Source: Oscillospiraceae bacterium (GTDB taxonomy: Bacteria; Bacillota; Clostridia; Oscillospirales; Ruminococcaceae). From it: DNA of 64,000 nt. Below the pieces are notes generated by a model that was given only the letters and a program-made list of their open reading frames with translations, had not been told where the DNA came from and did not search any database. The translations under genes were made by a program, and so were the position numbers. Every line of letters begins with the position of its first letter. Within the stretch, counting starts at the first letter, position 1. The DNA lies in assembly GCA_902779915.1 (NCBI GenBank), contig CACZDM010000006.1, positions 66-64,065 on the forward strand. The letters are read 5' to 3'. Of this stretch, positions 10,238 to 21,741 are shown piece by piece.

Positions 10238-13069
10238 ATCTTCTAGAATTTTCTTTAAATACCTGCCAGTGTGTGAATTTTCATTTTCAGCAATTTGCTC
10301 CGGCGTTCCAACTCCAACAACCTCTCCGCCCTTGTCCCCGCCATCCGGACCAAGATCTATAACAAAATCCGCAGTTTTTATGACATCAAGATTGTGTTCA
10401 ATCAGAAGAACTGTGTTTCCCAAGTCAACCAATTTTTGCAAAACACAAATCAATTTATTAACATCGTCCGTGTGAAGCCCGGTTGTTGGCTCGTCCAAAA
10501 TATATATCGTCCTGCCGGTTGACCTTTTGGAAAGCTCAGTCGCAAGCTTAACCCGCTGAGCCTCCCCCCCTGAAAGAGTTGTTGCGGGCTGTCCAAGCTT
10601 AATATACCCCAGCCCAACGTCAAAAAGCGTCTTGAGTTTTCTTTTTATTTTAGGATGGTTTTCGAAAAACAACATAGCTTCTTCAACCGTCATATCTAAT
10701 ATGTCATATATATTCTTGTCTTTATATTTTATTTGTAAAGTTTCTCTATTATATCGCTTACCGGAACAAACTTCACATGGTATATATATATCCGGCAAAA
10801 AATGCATCTCTATTTTGACAATCCCATCGCCCTGACAGTTTTCACACCGACCGCCTTTAACATTAAAACTAAACCTTCCAGCGCCATATCCACGCATTTT
10901 AGCATCATTTGTGTTTGAAAAAAGCTCTCTAACATCATTAAAAATCGATGTGTATGTCCCTGGATTAGAGCGCGGCGTCCTTCCGATCGGACTTTGATCT
11001 ATTCCAATGACCTTGTCCAAATTTTCAAGCCCTTTTGCAGTTTTAAATTCGCCCGCCCTGATTCGAGCTCGATTTAATTTTGCAGCCAAATGCCGGTGAA
11101 TTATTTGATTAACAAGCGAACTTTTGCCCGAGCCAGAAACCCCCGTGACGCAGGTGAACGTTCCTAAATTTATCCTAACATTGATGTTTTTTAGATTATT
11201 TTCACAACATCCGCCAAATTCTAAAAATTTTCCATTTCCTTTTCTTCGACTTTTGGGAATTTCAACGCGCTTTTTGCCGGATAAATACTGGCCAGTTAAA
11301 GAATTTTCACACTTTTGGATATCGCTAACCAATCCATTAAAAACAACCTCTCCGCCATGAACTCCAGGCCCAGGACCTATGTCAACAACCCAATCAGCAG
11401 CACGAATTGTGTCTTCATCGTGTTCAACAACAATCAAAGTATTTCCAATATCTCGAAGTTTTTTTAATGTTTTGATTAATTTATCATTGTCTTTTTGATG
11501 AAGGCCGATTGAGGGCTCGTCCAAAATATACAAAACCCCGATTAATGAAGAGCCAATTTGAGTTGCAAGCCGAATTCGCTGGCTCTCCCCTCCTGAAAGC
11601 GTCCCCGATGAACGCGAAAGTGTCAAATATTCCAGCCCAACCGACTGCAAAAATTTAAGCCTGCTTTTGATTTCTTTCAAAATTAGGTCAGATATTTTAA
11701 TTTCTCTTTGATTCAGCTTCAAATTTTCCAAAAAATCAATCGAATCCTTAACGCTCAAATTTGTTAATTCACTGATATTTTTTTCCCCAACCGTGACATT
11801 CAAAATAACCGGATTCAGCCTGGCTCCACCGCATTCCGGACAAACGACCTCGTTCATATAGTCAGAAATTTCGTTTTTAGTCCACTCGCTCTTGCTTTCT
11901 TTAAATCTCCTCTCCAAATTGTTGACAATTCCCTCAAAAGCGACCTCATAGGTTCCGCTGGTGTATTTAGTGTTTCGAGATATTTTGATTCGTTTGCCAT
12001 TTGTTCCATATAGCAAAATTTTTTTGACTTTTTTCGAAAGTTTGCGATATGGAGAATCCAGAGAAAAGTCATATTCTTTCGCCAGGGCATCATAATACAT
12101 CGTTGCCACACTATTTTTTTCACCATACGCCCAACCTGGCCCTTTGATTGCTCCTTCTTGGATTGATAAATCTTCGTTTGGAATGATTAATTTTGGGTCT
12201 ATTTTAGTGAATGTCCCAATACCCAAACAGGATTTGCAGGCTCCATATGGATTGTTAAATGAAAACATCCTCGGCGTCAATTCCTCGATCGAAACGTCGT
12301 GATCAACGCAGGCATAGTCTTGAGAAAACAAAATGTCCTGCCCGTCCTGCAAAGCGACAATAACCAGCCCCCCCGAAATTTTAAAAACAGTTTCCAAACT
12401 GTCCGCAAGCCTTGATTTAATCCCTTCCTTTATTATTAGCCGATCAACAACGATTTCTATGGCGTGTTTTTTGTTTTTATCAAGGTCAATTTGCTCCGAA
12501 AGGTCATATAAAATTCCGTCAACACGAACCCGAATAAACCCGCTTTTTCTCGCAAAATCCAATTCTTTAACATGCTCCCCTTTTTTGCCACGAACGATTG
12601 GCGCCAGAAGCTGAATTTTTGTTCCTGGAGAAAGCTCTAAAACTCGGTCAACTATTTGGTCGATTGTTTGGTGTTGGATCTGCTTTTTACATATCGGACA
12701 GTGGGGAATTCCAATCCGAGCATATAAAAGTCTTAAATAGTCATATATTTCAGTCACAGTTCCAACGGTTGACCTGGGATTTTTAGACGTTGTTTTTTGA
12801 TCTATGGAAATTGCGGGCGACAATCCTTCAATATAGTCAACATTTGGTTTTTCCATCTGCCCCAAAAATTGCCGCGCATATGATGAAAGGCTCTCCATAT
12901 ATCGCCTCTGGCCGTCTGCAAATATTGTGTCAAAAGCCAGCGAACTCTTTCCCGATCCAGAAACTCCAGTGAAAACAATCATTTTGTCGCGCGGAATCTC
13001 CAAGTCAACACTTTTCAAATTATTTTCTTTAGCGCCTTTAATAATTATCTTTTTTTTCATAATTTTCAC
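10229..13069 (-). CDS. uvrA: Excinuclease ABC subunit A
   Basis: 946 aa, two ABC ATPase modules (GVSGSGKSS twice, LSGGE signature twice) and zinc-finger Cys clusters. Its 3' end overlaps spoIID by 9 nt (convergent). Confidence 0.95.
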   Translation of the reverse strand: MKIMKKKIIIKGAKENNLKSVDLEIPRDKMIVFTGVSGSGKSSLAFDTIFADGQRRYMESLSSYARQFLGQMEKPNVDYIEGLSPAISIDQKTTSKNPRSTVGTVTEIYDYLRLLYARIGIPHCPICKKQIQHQTIDQIVDRVLELSPGTKIQLLAPIVRGKKGEHVKELDFARKSGFIRVRVDGILYDLSEQIDLDKNKKHAIEIVVDRLIIKEGIKSRLADSLETVFKISGGLVIVALQDGQDILFSQDYACVDHDVSIEELTPRMFSFNNPYGACKSCLGIGTFTKIDPKLIIPNEDLSIQEGAIKGPGWAYGEKNSVATMYYDALAKEYDFSLDSPYRKLSKKVKKILLYGTNGKRIKISRNTKYTSGTYEVAFEGIVNNLERRFKESKSEWTKNEISDYMNEVVCPECGGARLNPVILNVTVGEKNISELTNLSVKDSIDFLENLKLNQREIKISDLILKEIKSRLKFLQSVGLEYLTLSRSSGTLSGGESQRIRLATQIGSSLIGVLYILDEPSIGLHQKDNDKLIKTLKKLRDIGNTLIVVEHDEDTIRAADWVVDIGPGPGVHGGEVVFNGLVSDIQKCENSLTGQYLSGKKRVEIPKSRRKGNGKFLEFGGCCENNLKNINVRINLGTFTCVTGVSGSGKSSLVNQIIHRHLAAKLNRARIRAGEFKTAKGLENLDKVIGIDQSPIGRTPRSNPGTYTSIFNDVRELFSNTNDAKMRGYGAGRFSFNVKGGRCENCQGDGIVKIEMHFLPDIYIPCEVCSGKRYNRETLQIKYKDKNIYDILDMTVEEAMLFFENHPKIKRKLKTLFDVGLGYIKLGQPATTLSGGEAQRVKLATELSKRSTGRTIYILDEPTTGLHTDDVNKLICVLQKLVDLGNTVLLIEHNLDVIKTADFVIDLGPDGGDKGGEVVGVGTPEQIAENENSHTGRYLKKILEDSH

Positions 13070-13090
13070 ATTTCTCCTAATTTTATTTGC

Positions 13091-15055
13091 TCAAATCAAT
13101 TTTTTTAGCTGATCAATCCTGTCTCGAATCAAAATTGCATATTCAAAATCTAAAATTTTTGCAGCATCTTTCATCTGAACTTGAAGCTCATCGATCAAAT
13201 TCAAAACCTCTTTTTTGCTCAATCGAGCATCACTCTCAGCCCGATCTGAATCGTCTTTTTTGGATATCTCAATAACATCCCGAATGCCCTTTTTAATCGT
13301 CCTTGGAACAATCGAATGCTCTTTGTTATATTTCATCTGGATTTGCCGACGCCTCAAAGTTTCTTCAATTGCTCTTTGCATCGACCCTGTTACCTCGTCT
13401 GCATACAAAATAACCTTTCCATTTTCATTCCTCGCAGCCCGCCCCATGGTTTGAATCAAAGAGGTTTCTGAACGCAAAAAGCCCTCTTTATCCGCATCTA
13501 AAATTGCAACTAAAGAAACCTCGGGGATGTCAAGCCCCTCACGAAGCAGGTTTATTCCAACCAAAACGTCAAATTTTCCAAGCCTCAAATCTCGAATGAT
13601 CTCCATTCTTTCAAGCGTGTCAATCCCAGAATGCATATATTTGACTTTTATGTCTATGTTTTCGAAAAATTCCGACAAATCCTCCGCCATCTTTTTAGTC
13701 AGCGTCGTTATCAAAACCCTCTCATTTTTGTCTGCCCTGATTTTTATCTGCGAGACCAAATCCTCAATCTGCCCCAAAACAGGCTTGACCTCAACCTCTG
13801 GATCCAAAAGCCCTGTCGGCCGAATCATCTGCTCAACAATTGCTTTGCTATGCTGCTTTTCAAATTGGCCAGGCGTTGCGCTAACATATATTACTTGATG
13901 TATTTTTTTATAAAACTCGTCAAAATTAAGCGGCCGATTATCATACGCTGACGGCAAGCGAAATCCAAAGTCAATCAGCGTTTTCTTTCTCGCGTGGTCC
14001 CCAGCATACATCCCTCCAACCTGAGGCAGCATAACGTGGCTTTCATCAACAAACATCAAAAAATCATCGGGAAAATGGTCAAGAAGCGTGTATGGAGTTG
14101 AGCCTGCAGGGCGCCTGGCGAGAATTCTAGAATAGTTCTCAATTCCTTTGCAAAACCCCGTTTCTTTAAGCATCTCAATGTCATACATGGTCCGCTGGCG
14201 GATCCTCTGCGCCTCAACCAACATATTACTCTCGGTAAAATATTTTTCTCTTTCCAAAAGCTCGGCCTCAATGTCGGATATCGCAACATCAAGCTTTTCG
14301 CGCCCAACAATATAATGAGAAGCCGGAAATATTGCAACATGCCTGACTCTCTCTTTAACCTTTCCAGTCATTGCATTTATAATGCTTATTTTATCTATTT
14401 CATCTCCAAAAAATTCAACTCTATAGGCATTTTCTGAAGAATACGCCGGAAATATATCAACAACGTCTCCGCGAACCCTGAACTTATTTCGGCTGAAACT
14501 GATGTCATTTCGCTCATATTGCAAGCTAACCAGCTGCTTTAAAAGATCATCTCGGCTTTTCTTCATGTCCTGCCTCAAACTAATAACCATGCTGCGATAG
14601 TCTATCGGGCTTCCCAAACTATATATGCACGAAACGCTGGCAACAATTATGACGTCTCTCCTCTCAGAAAGCGCGCAGGTTGCAGAATGCCGAAGCTTAT
14701 CAATTTCGTCGTTTATTGAAGAGTCCTTTTCTATATATGTGTCGGTTGAGGGAATATATGACTCTGGTTGATAATAATCATAATAAGAGACAAAATATTC
14801 AACCGCATTTTTCGGAAAAAACTCCTTAAATTCGCTGCAAAGCTGGGCGGCCAAAGTCTTGTTGTGGGCTAAAACCAGGGTTGGACGATTAAGCTTTGCT
14901 ATGATGTTTGCCATTGTGAAAGTCTTTCCGGACCCAGTCACCCCAACCAAAGTCTGCTCCCTGTTTCCATTTTTGACGCTTTCTAAAAGCGCTTCTATAG
15001 CGTGAGGCTGGTCACCTGTTGGCAAATATTCAGATTTCAATTCAAATTTTTCCAA
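13091..15055 (-). CDS. uvrB: Excinuclease ABC subunit B
   Basis: 654 aa with GVTGSGKT Walker A, DESH box, helicase motifs and a C-terminal UVR domain. TTG start as in the ORF track. Confidence 0.95.
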   Translation of the reverse strand: MEKFELKSEYLPTGDQPHAIEALLESVKNGNREQTLVGVTGSGKTFTMANIIAKLNRPTLVLAHNKTLAAQLCSEFKEFFPKNAVEYFVSYYDYYQPESYIPSTDTYIEKDSSINDEIDKLRHSATCALSERRDVIIVASVSCIYSLGSPIDYRSMVISLRQDMKKSRDDLLKQLVSLQYERNDISFSRNKFRVRGDVVDIFPAYSSENAYRVEFFGDEIDKISIINAMTGKVKERVRHVAIFPASHYIVGREKLDVAISDIEAELLEREKYFTESNMLVEAQRIRQRTMYDIEMLKETGFCKGIENYSRILARRPAGSTPYTLLDHFPDDFLMFVDESHVMLPQVGGMYAGDHARKKTLIDFGFRLPSAYDNRPLNFDEFYKKIHQVIYVSATPGQFEKQHSKAIVEQMIRPTGLLDPEVEVKPVLGQIEDLVSQIKIRADKNERVLITTLTKKMAEDLSEFFENIDIKVKYMHSGIDTLERMEIIRDLRLGKFDVLVGINLLREGLDIPEVSLVAILDADKEGFLRSETSLIQTMGRAARNENGKVILYADEVTGSMQRAIEETLRRRQIQMKYNKEHSIVPRTIKKGIRDVIEISKKDDSDRAESDARLSKKEVLNLIDELQVQMKDAAKILDFEYAILIRDRIDQLKKLI

Positions 15056-15124
15056 AACAAATCACTTATTTCCTTCTTTATTCAAAAATTTATAAAACCT
15101 AAAATATATGACATAACAAAAAAT

Positions 15125-16126
15125 TTAAATCAATGATTCATATATTTTCTTCAATTTCTCACCTATAATTTTCAAATCCCTCTGGCGAGCAACTTCATAT
15201 GATTTTTCTGAAATATCTTTTAATTTTCCCTCAAAAAACAATTTTATTTTAGACTCAAATTCATCTAAATTTTTGGCTTTATAGACATTCTCTCCATCAA
15301 CCAACCATTCATTAAATACGGGAATATCGCGTATAATCGCGCTTTTTTTACACGCACACGCTTCGACTATTGGGATTCCTTCTGTTTCCTCAAAAGTTGG
15401 AAATAAATATAGATCCGCCCCGTTCATCGCTTGCTTTATGACCTCCGGTTCAACATATCCAGCAAAAGTTAAATTGTCAAGCTGCGTTCGAATCGCCCGC
15501 CGAACCCGCCTCCCAGCAAAAATCAAGGGGCTATATCCAAACCATATGAATTTATACTGCGGCAACCTTTTTGCAAGCTCAACAAAGTCCAAAATCCCCT
15601 TTCTTTCAATATATAACCCAATTCCAAAGATGATTTTGTCGGTTTCTTTATAAAAAAACCGCTTTCTAAATTTTTCCCTTAACGAAGCGTCATTTTCAAA
15701 AAAATTCAACTCTATCCCATTAGATATGTCAACAATTCTTTTATTTTCCAGTCCTTTATATTTACATAACAGCCTTTTGGAATATATGGTTGGAGTGAGT
15801 ATAACATCTCCCAAACTATAGCATTTTATCAGCCACTTTTTAAATATTTTAGAGGTTATGTTGCTGAAAATAAAGCCATTTTTATAGTCCTCCTCTGTTG
15901 AATGGGCGTGGTATACAATCTTTTTTCCATTTTTTTTCGCTCTTTTTGCAATAAAATATGACTGTAGAAAATATGTGTTTATATGTAAAATATCATAATC
16001 ATCATCTTTATTTAAAGTGTATTCAACGCCTGCAAAATTCAAAGCCTTAATTTGATGCTCAATCGCCTTTCCCAGGCCGGATTTTTTAAGCAACTTTTGT
16101 CGTTCAGTATATAACAAAACTTTCAT
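15125..16126 (-). CDS. GT4-family (GT-B fold) glycosyltransferase
   Basis: C-terminal FPTFEETEGIPIVEA (E-x7-E) motif and typical GT4 length. Confidence 0.75.
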   Translation of the reverse strand: MKVLLYTERQKLLKKSGLGKAIEHQIKALNFAGVEYTLNKDDDYDILHINTYFLQSYFIAKRAKKNGKKIVYHAHSTEEDYKNGFIFSNITSKIFKKWLIKCYSLGDVILTPTIYSKRLLCKYKGLENKRIVDISNGIELNFFENDASLREKFRKRFFYKETDKIIFGIGLYIERKGILDFVELAKRLPQYKFIWFGYSPLIFAGRRVRRAIRTQLDNLTFAGYVEPEVIKQAMNGADLYLFPTFEETEGIPIVEACACKKSAIIRDIPVFNEWLVDGENVYKAKNLDEFESKIKLFFEGKLKDISEKSYEVARQRDLKIIGEKLKKIYESLI

Positions 16127-16170
16127 ATATTTTAATCCCTTTCAAAATAAATTCAAATCAAAAATTGGTC

Positions 16171-16893
16171 CTACCTTATTATATTATATTCTCTCATCGA
16201 AGTCGAATCGCCGCTTTTTCCAAAAATAAAATGGTCAACCAAAGTCATGTTCAAAGCCCGAAGCGCCGCAACCAGATCCTGGGTTTTGATTTTGTCCTGA
16301 ATTGAGGGGGTTGCGACTCCATTGGGGTGGTTATGAGCCAAAACTATCCGATCAACATTCCAACGCATCGCAAATCTAACAATGAGTTCACACGAAATGT
16401 TAACAGCCTTCCTGCTTCCCTGATTTAAAAGTTCGCAAGCAACAAAGCGCGCAAAATCATCCATTCCAGCAACAAACAAAACTTCGTTAACCCTGCCGAC
16501 AAATTTAGCTTTAAAAAATTTTTTCCATTTGTCCGGAGTGTCCATAATTTCGCTGGGCTTGGCCATATCTTCGCTATATAAACGAAACATTTGGGGCATT
16601 TGCTTTAGCAAAATCGCAACATGCTCCCCAACGCCTTTAACTTGAAGCAAAAGCTCATATGGAGCGTTCATAACCCCCGCAATCGAGCCAAACTGTTCTA
16701 TTAAATCATGAGCTAATTTATTAGTGTCGCGCTTGGGTATTGCGTAAAACAGCAAAAGTTCCAGAGCTTCGTGGGGCTCAAAGCCATCAAAACCTGTCTT
16801 TAAAAATCTATTCTTCATCCTGCTTCTGTGGCCTGAATGCGAGTGCTGCGCCAAAATATATCCCCACCCATCCGACTTTATATTTATATACAT
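16171..16893 (-). CDS. radC: RadC-like JAB-domain protein
   Basis: GHRSR..RF N-terminal region, HhH-like segment and C-terminal HNHPNG JAMM-like motif. Exact start uncertain. Confidence 0.85.
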   Translation of the reverse strand: MYINIKSDGWGYILAQHSHSGHRSRMKNRFLKTGFDGFEPHEALELLLFYAIPKRDTNKLAHDLIEQFGSIAGVMNAPYELLLQVKGVGEHVAILLKQMPQMFRLYSEDMAKPSEIMDTPDKWKKFFKAKFVGRVNEVLFVAGMDDFARFVACELLNQGSRKAVNISCELIVRFAMRWNVDRIVLAHNHPNGVATPSIQDKIKTQDLVAALRALNMTLVDHFIFGKSGDSTSMREYNIIR

Positions 16894-16964
16894 ACAGATT
16901 CATTATACCACATGACAAGCAAAAAATCTAGCCTTTGTTATAAAAATAATCGCTAAATTTTTTT

Positions 16965-17184
16965 GGGTTATATTTGTCCCCTCAATCGCTCCTGCTTAAA
17001 ATATCCGACTCTTTGTCTAAAATTTTCGATGAATTAAGCCGTCCTCGATCACGTTCCAAAAAACCATGCAAAAACCGATTAAACCGCCTCCGTCTCACAA
17101 CTGACTGTAATATTAAACCTCCCTCAAGCTCAAGTCCCTTTGAAAGCGTCCGTGAGAAGTGGTAGGTTGGCGTCCTGACGCCAA
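16965..17184 (+). repeat. Half copy (A arm only) of the foldback family, ending in the small hairpin TTGGCGTC-CT-GACGCCAA
   Basis: Starts GGGTTATATTTGTCCCC and carries all A-arm blocks (CTTAAAATATCCGACTCTTTG, CTCACAACTGACTGTAATATTAAAC, GTGGTAGGTTGGCG). No B arm follows. Confidence 0.8.
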
Positions 17185-17289
17185 ATACAAATTGTATATT
17201 TTAAAAATATTTCGCGCACTAATCTCAGCCTTGCAAAATTGACTCCAATAAATTTTGTAAATATTTTTTAATTTTTTTTAAATTAGGTA

Positions 17290-17319
17290 TTGACAAGCCG
17301 GTTTTATGTGTGCTATAAT
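17290..17319 (+). promoter_or_regulatory. Promoter of the tRNA-Thr/tRNA-Tyr pair
   Basis: TTGACA, 18 nt, TGcTATAAT (extended -10), about 25 nt upstream of tRNA-Thr. Confidence 0.6.
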
Positions 17320-17347
17320 ATTTGAGCAGGTGATATTTGAGATGCGC

Positions 17348-17423
17348 GCTGGTGTAGCTCAGTTGGTAGAGCAGCTGATTTGTAATCAGCAGGTCGGGGG
17401 TTCAAGTCCGTCCACCAGCTCCA
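17348..17423 (+). tRNA. tRNA-Thr (anticodon UGU), CCA encoded
   Basis: Cloverleaf by eye: acceptor GCTGGTG/CACCAGC, anticodon stem GCTGA/TCAGC with loop TTTGTAA. One G-G mismatch in the T stem. Confidence 0.85.
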
Positions 17424-17436
17424 TTTTGAATTATTT

Positions 17437-17521
17437 GGGAGATTTCCCGAGCGGCCAAAGGGGGCAGACTGTAAATCTGTTGCTTTATGCTTCGGTGGTT
17501 CGAATCCACCATCTCCCACCA
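17437..17521 (+). tRNA. tRNA-Tyr (anticodon GUA), long variable arm, CCA encoded
   Basis: Acceptor GGGAGAT/ATCTCCC, anticodon loop CTGTAAA, T arm GGTGGTTCGAATCCACC, 85 nt. Confidence 0.85.
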
Positions 17522-17588
17522 GGTGTTATTTTTTAAACTGTTCTATAAATGTGGAATTTTTCGTGTGTTGAAGCGGGAGACGTGTGAT

Positions 17589-18746
17589 ATGGAAAAGATT
17601 GTGAATGCAAAAAATCATTTTGAAAAGTTAATCAAAGCTCAGCTCGATAGGGTTAGGTCCATAAAGTCGCAGGGGGATTTTATTGACTATGCTCGCTTAG
17701 ATAAAATAAAAATCGGGATATGTGGGGGCGATGGAATTGGTCCCGTGATAACTGATGAAGCTAGAAGGGTTCTCGAGTTTTTGCTCAAGGGTTCTGTTTG
17801 TTCTGGAAGGGTTGAATTTAAAAACATAGACGGTTTAACAATTGAAAATCGAGCAAAAGCCGGGAAGGCCATTCCGGACGACGTTTTAGCAGATTTGAAA
17901 AAATGCCATGTTATATTAAAAGGCCCAACCACAACTCCAAGAAAAGGCGATCCTTGGCCGAACATTGAAAGCGCTAATGTTGCGATGAGGAAAGAGCTGG
18001 ATTTGTTCGCTAATGTTCGTCCTGTTAAGGTTCCAAGCGAAGGGATAGACTGGACGTTTTTCAGGGAAAACACTGAGGGTTCGTATGCACTGGGCTCTTG
18101 CGGAATCAACATAGATGAAGATTTAGCAATAGATTTTACAGTCACAACTCGCCAAGGATCTCAGCGGATCGCTAGGATGGCTTTTGAATATGCCAGGAAA
18201 AATTCTAAAAAGAAAGTTTCGATCATAACTAAAGCTAATGTCATAAAAACGACAGACGGCAATTTTTTGCGCGATTGCAAAGAGGTCGCCAAAGAGTTTC
18301 CTGAAATCCAAGTGGATGATTGGTATATAGACATAACAACCGCTAAATTGATCGATAAAAACCGTCGAAAGGATTTTTCGGTGTTTATCCTGCCTAATCT
18401 TTATGGCGACATTATAACTGACGAGGCCGCTGAATTTCAAGGAGGGGTCGGAACTGCTGGCAGCGCAAATTTAGGGAAACGATACGCTATGTTTGAGGCA
18501 ATTCACGGTTCTGCTCCAAGAATGGTTGAGGAAGGTCGGGACATATACGCTGATCCCTGTTCAATCCTCAGGGCTTCTGTTTTGCTACTATCACACATAG
18601 GATATCAAAATGAAGCAGATAAACTTGAAAAAGCTTTGGATGTCTGCATGTTTAAAGAGAAAAAATTAAAAATAACAGGCAGGAAAGACGGTGCAACGAC
18701 CAAAGATTTTGGGGATTATGTCATGTCGACAATCGAAAGCATTTAA
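17589..18746 (+). CDS. Isocitrate dehydrogenase, NAD-IDH-like (isocitrate/isopropylmalate dehydrogenase family)
   Basis: NLYGDIITDEAA and GSAP motifs. Start moved to the ATG at 17589 after GGGAGA, because the ORF-track start lies inside tRNA-Tyr. Confidence 0.8.
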   Translation: MEKIVNAKNHFEKLIKAQLDRVRSIKSQGDFIDYARLDKIKIGICGGDGIGPVITDEARRVLEFLLKGSVCSGRVEFKNIDGLTIENRAKAGKAIPDDVLADLKKCHVILKGPTTTPRKGDPWPNIESANVAMRKELDLFANVRPVKVPSEGIDWTFFRENTEGSYALGSCGINIDEDLAIDFTVTTRQGSQRIARMAFEYARKNSKKKVSIITKANVIKTTDGNFLRDCKEVAKEFPEIQVDDWYIDITTAKLIDKNRRKDFSVFILPNLYGDIITDEAAEFQGGVGTAGSANLGKRYAMFEAIHGSAPRMVEEGRDIYADPCSILRASVLLLSHIGYQNEADKLEKALDVCMFKEKKLKITGRKDGATTKDFGDYVMSTIESI

Positions 18747-18769
18747 TCTTGATTTTAGTTAATGAGTTT

Positions 18770-18796
18770 TGAGCAAGTTAGAATTTATCTTGCTCA
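18770..18796. terminator. Hairpin between the convergent dehydrogenase and yjbR-like genes
   Basis: TGAGCAAG, 11-nt loop, CTTGCTCA, followed by TTTTGTT. Confidence 0.5.
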
Positions 18797-19114
18797 TTTT
18801 GTTATTTCGTAGCTGTCCCAAATCATTTCCTTGAGCAAAGATAAATCAACTTTATTCACAAAAACTGTGTTCCAGTGGACTTTATTCATATGCCACGCCG
18901 GGATGACTGACGAATTAACGCTCCTTAAAAAATCAGCCTTCATCGGATCACATTTCAAATTAACTGCCAATTCGCCATTTAGTTCAAACACCAAAGCAAA
19001 CCACTTTTTATTGTTCTTATGACGAGCGACGACATGCTCTCCTTTTCTAAACGGATTGTCTATTAAAGTGCTGGGAAATGTCTTTAACAAATCTATGAAT
19101 TCTCTTTTTGTCAA
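18794..19114 (-). CDS. MmcQ/YjbR-family DNA-binding protein
   Basis: 106-aa ORF with family-typical length and a ...KWF... central region. Recognition from memory only. Confidence 0.65.
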   Translation of the reverse strand: MTKREFIDLLKTFPSTLIDNPFRKGEHVVARHKNNKKWFALVFELNGELAVNLKCDPMKADFLRSVNSSVIPAWHMNKVHWNTVFVNKVDLSLLKEMIWDSYEITK

Positions 19115-19150
19115 AATAGTCTCCTTTTTTCTGAAACACCAAATAAAAAT

Positions 19151-20302
19151 TTAATTTTGCAACAACTTTAGAGCCGCTTGATATTGATCATCATCACACA
19201 AATTGAGTTTAGAATTTAAATATAATTTTTCTTTATCTTCACTTAAATCCACATCTATGTCAGGAATAACTCCAACCTCATTAAAATTTTCGCTTTTAGC
19301 TGGATTAAAATATGCAGTTGTCACCTTGACCGCGCCCCCATCTCCCAACATCTTAGTTGTCTGCAAAACGCCCTTGCCATAGGTTTTTTTGCCAACTTGC
19401 CTGGCTTTCCCATAGTCTTTTAAATCGCAAACAAAAAGCTCTGCTGCGCTTGCGGTGTTTTCATTGGTTACCACAACCATCGGAAGATTTATCTCATTTT
19501 CATCAGAAGTTCCCAAAACCGATTCGTGGCCATTTAAATCGACTTGAGTTGCTATAATTCCAGAGGGTATTAACATGTTCAACATTTTACACACCGAGCT
19601 AAGCGTTCCCCCGCCGTTGTTTCTAACGTCAAATATTAAAGCACGAGCGCCCTTGCTTTGCAGGTTTAACAAAGCTTCTTCAAATTGCCTGGCTGAAGAT
19701 TCTGTAAAAACATCTATTTTAACATACCCATTCTCCCCATCCATAAAATATTCAACGCTCGGAATTTCAACATTCTCTCGAACCAATGTCCGCGCAAAAA
19801 CATCTCCATTTCTGTTTATTGTCAAACTGACTTCGCTGCCAACCTCTCCTTTTAAAAGTTCAGATATATTACTTTGAGTAATTTCAATTTCATCAACCTT
19901 AACAATAACGTCACCAGCTTGAATTCCTGCAGCGGCAGCAGGCGAATTTGGATACACCGTAACAACAATCAATTCTCCTTTGTCATTAGTGCTTAATGAT
20001 ATTCCTATCCCAGAAATCACGCCACTGTTAAAATCTTCCCATTTTTTCCACTCATCGCTTGTGTAATATTTTGCATATTTATCACCCAAACCTTCAATAT
20101 AACCATTTGCAGCGCATTTAAAGAGGGATTTTTCATCGATTTTGCCTAAATATGCCCCCCTAACATATTGATCGATTTCATGTAGCTTCATGTTCAAACT
20201 GTCAAAACCGCCCAACTGAAAAAAGGCAAACCCCATTCCTCCAGTCCACGCAACCACAGCGCAAATAACAAAAGCTAAATATTTTGATACTATTTTTTTC
20301 AT
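19151..20302 (-). CDS. ctpA: S41 carboxy-terminal processing protease with PDZ domain
   Basis: N-terminal membrane anchor, PDZ segment (GDVIVKVDE), then RNNGGG and ..SASAAE.. catalytic region. Confidence 0.85.
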   Translation of the reverse strand: MKKIVSKYLAFVICAVVAWTGGMGFAFFQLGGFDSLNMKLHEIDQYVRGAYLGKIDEKSLFKCAANGYIEGLGDKYAKYYTSDEWKKWEDFNSGVISGIGISLSTNDKGELIVVTVYPNSPAAAAGIQAGDVIVKVDEIEITQSNISELLKGEVGSEVSLTINRNGDVFARTLVRENVEIPSVEYFMDGENGYVKIDVFTESSARQFEEALLNLQSKGARALIFDVRNNGGGTLSSVCKMLNMLIPSGIIATQVDLNGHESVLGTSDENEINLPMVVVTNENTASAAELFVCDLKDYGKARQVGKKTYGKGVLQTTKMLGDGGAVKVTTAYFNPAKSENFNEVGVIPDIDVDLSEDKEKLYLNSKLNLCDDDQYQAALKLLQN

Positions 20303-20420
20303 TACATCAGTCCCTTAATGCACACAACTTTATTTCAATACACCTAAAAAATTCAAAACAAGTTAAAAGTTGATTATACTCACAGTAAAACCAACTTTTA
20401 ACCGACTGTTTTTCTAACCA

Positions 20421-21674
20421 TCAACCAAACGGCGTACGTATGGGGCGTCCGTGATGTCTTATTTCAAAATGACAGTGAATGCCATAAGATTCGCCCGTGT
20501 TTCCAACAAGCCCTATGCAATCGCCTCTGCTAACAAATTGCCCAACGTGCACACGTCGCTCAAGCATATGCCCATATAAAGTTGAATATCCATCACCGTG
20601 GTCTATAACAACAACATTTCCATATCCGCCCAAGCCATCTCCTCTGATTCCAAACCTAGATGCAATAACCCTGCCGCCTCGGGATGCAAGAATCTGACTG
20701 TGCCTGCCATGTGTTCCAATGTCAACACCGAAATGAGGCGTGGATGGGTTATAGCCTCTGATAAAAGTGGTTGATCCGGCGACAGGATACAAATACCCCG
20801 AACAATCAACCGGCATTGGCGTTGAGCCCCAATCTCGAGACTGGAGAGAACGAACAAGATCCGTTGCATCCTCCAACTCACACTGAGCGCTCGAACGAGC
20901 CTGCTGCAAGCGCTTTCTAGCCCTCTCTATATTTGCTGTTTCTTGTGTGCTCTTTTCGAGCTGAGCCGCTAACTGACTACTTGCGGACTGCTGGCTTTCT
21001 TTTAATCCACTAACTTCGTTCAATTTGAGGTTTATCTCACTGATCGAATCAATGACAGTCTGCTTATCCGTGACAATCTGAGCCATGTTTTCTTCAACTT
21101 TAGATTTTCTTTGATCGATTTGGCTGATTTGCTCGTCCATCTTATCAGTTAATTGTTTATCATACTCAGCTATTTTTTGCAGATACACAGCATTTGATAT
21201 GAATTCGCCAAAATCTTGCGAAGAAAACAAAACATCTAAAGCGCTAGACTGTCCATATTCATAGTCCTCACCAAGCCTTGCTCTGAGTTTGTCTTCAGTC
21301 TCCTTCTTTTCCACTTCCAAAGCGTCAATCTCTTTTTGCATTTTAAAAACTTGTTCTTCAAGCTGAACGATCTGCAAACTAAGCTCATCAACAACTCTTT
21401 GCTTTGCCGATATCTTAAAATTTAGCTCATTAATCTGCATATCACAAGCATGAATTTGATTAGCAAGAGCACCTATTTGCTTTGATAGAACTTCCTGAAA
21501 TTTACTTTGACTTTGCTTGCTCTCCTCAAGCCGAGAAAGCTCCCTCCCGTAACGCTCAATCTCTTTTCTAAGCTCCGAAACTGTTTTTGCGTAGGTTGGG
21601 GTGAAAAATAATTGAGACAAAATAGCCACGCACAAAAACAAGATAACGCAACGCCGACCTTTTAACTTAAACAA
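20421..21674 (-). CDS. M23 peptidase with long N-terminal coiled coil (EnvC-like)
   Basis: Signal peptide, about 250 aa of heptad-rich sequence, C-terminal HxGxD...GxTGxSxGxHLHFE-type LytM domain. Directly downstream of ftsEX. Confidence 0.85.
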   Translation of the reverse strand: MFKLKGRRCVILFLCVAILSQLFFTPTYAKTVSELRKEIERYGRELSRLEESKQSQSKFQEVLSKQIGALANQIHACDMQINELNFKISAKQRVVDELSLQIVQLEEQVFKMQKEIDALEVEKKETEDKLRARLGEDYEYGQSSALDVLFSSQDFGEFISNAVYLQKIAEYDKQLTDKMDEQISQIDQRKSKVEENMAQIVTDKQTVIDSISEINLKLNEVSGLKESQQSASSQLAAQLEKSTQETANIERARKRLQQARSSAQCELEDATDLVRSLQSRDWGSTPMPVDCSGYLYPVAGSTTFIRGYNPSTPHFGVDIGTHGRHSQILASRGGRVIASRFGIRGDGLGGYGNVVVIDHGDGYSTLYGHMLERRVHVGQFVSRGDCIGLVGNTGESYGIHCHFEIRHHGRPIRTPFG

Positions 21675-21741
21675 AACAAACTCCTCCTATAGTTTAAACA
21701 ATGTGTATAAAAATATCATAAAATTTTGAAATGTATTAAAT

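Noticed and set aside
17306-17536. ORFs overlapping the tRNA genes (17306-17536, 17313-17519, 37917-38147), and the ORF-track start of the dehydrogenase at 17487
   Set aside because: These regions fold as canonical tRNAs (Thr, Tyr, Cys, Gly). The dehydrogenase has a proper GGGAGA plus ATG start at 17589, downstream of tRNA-Tyr.
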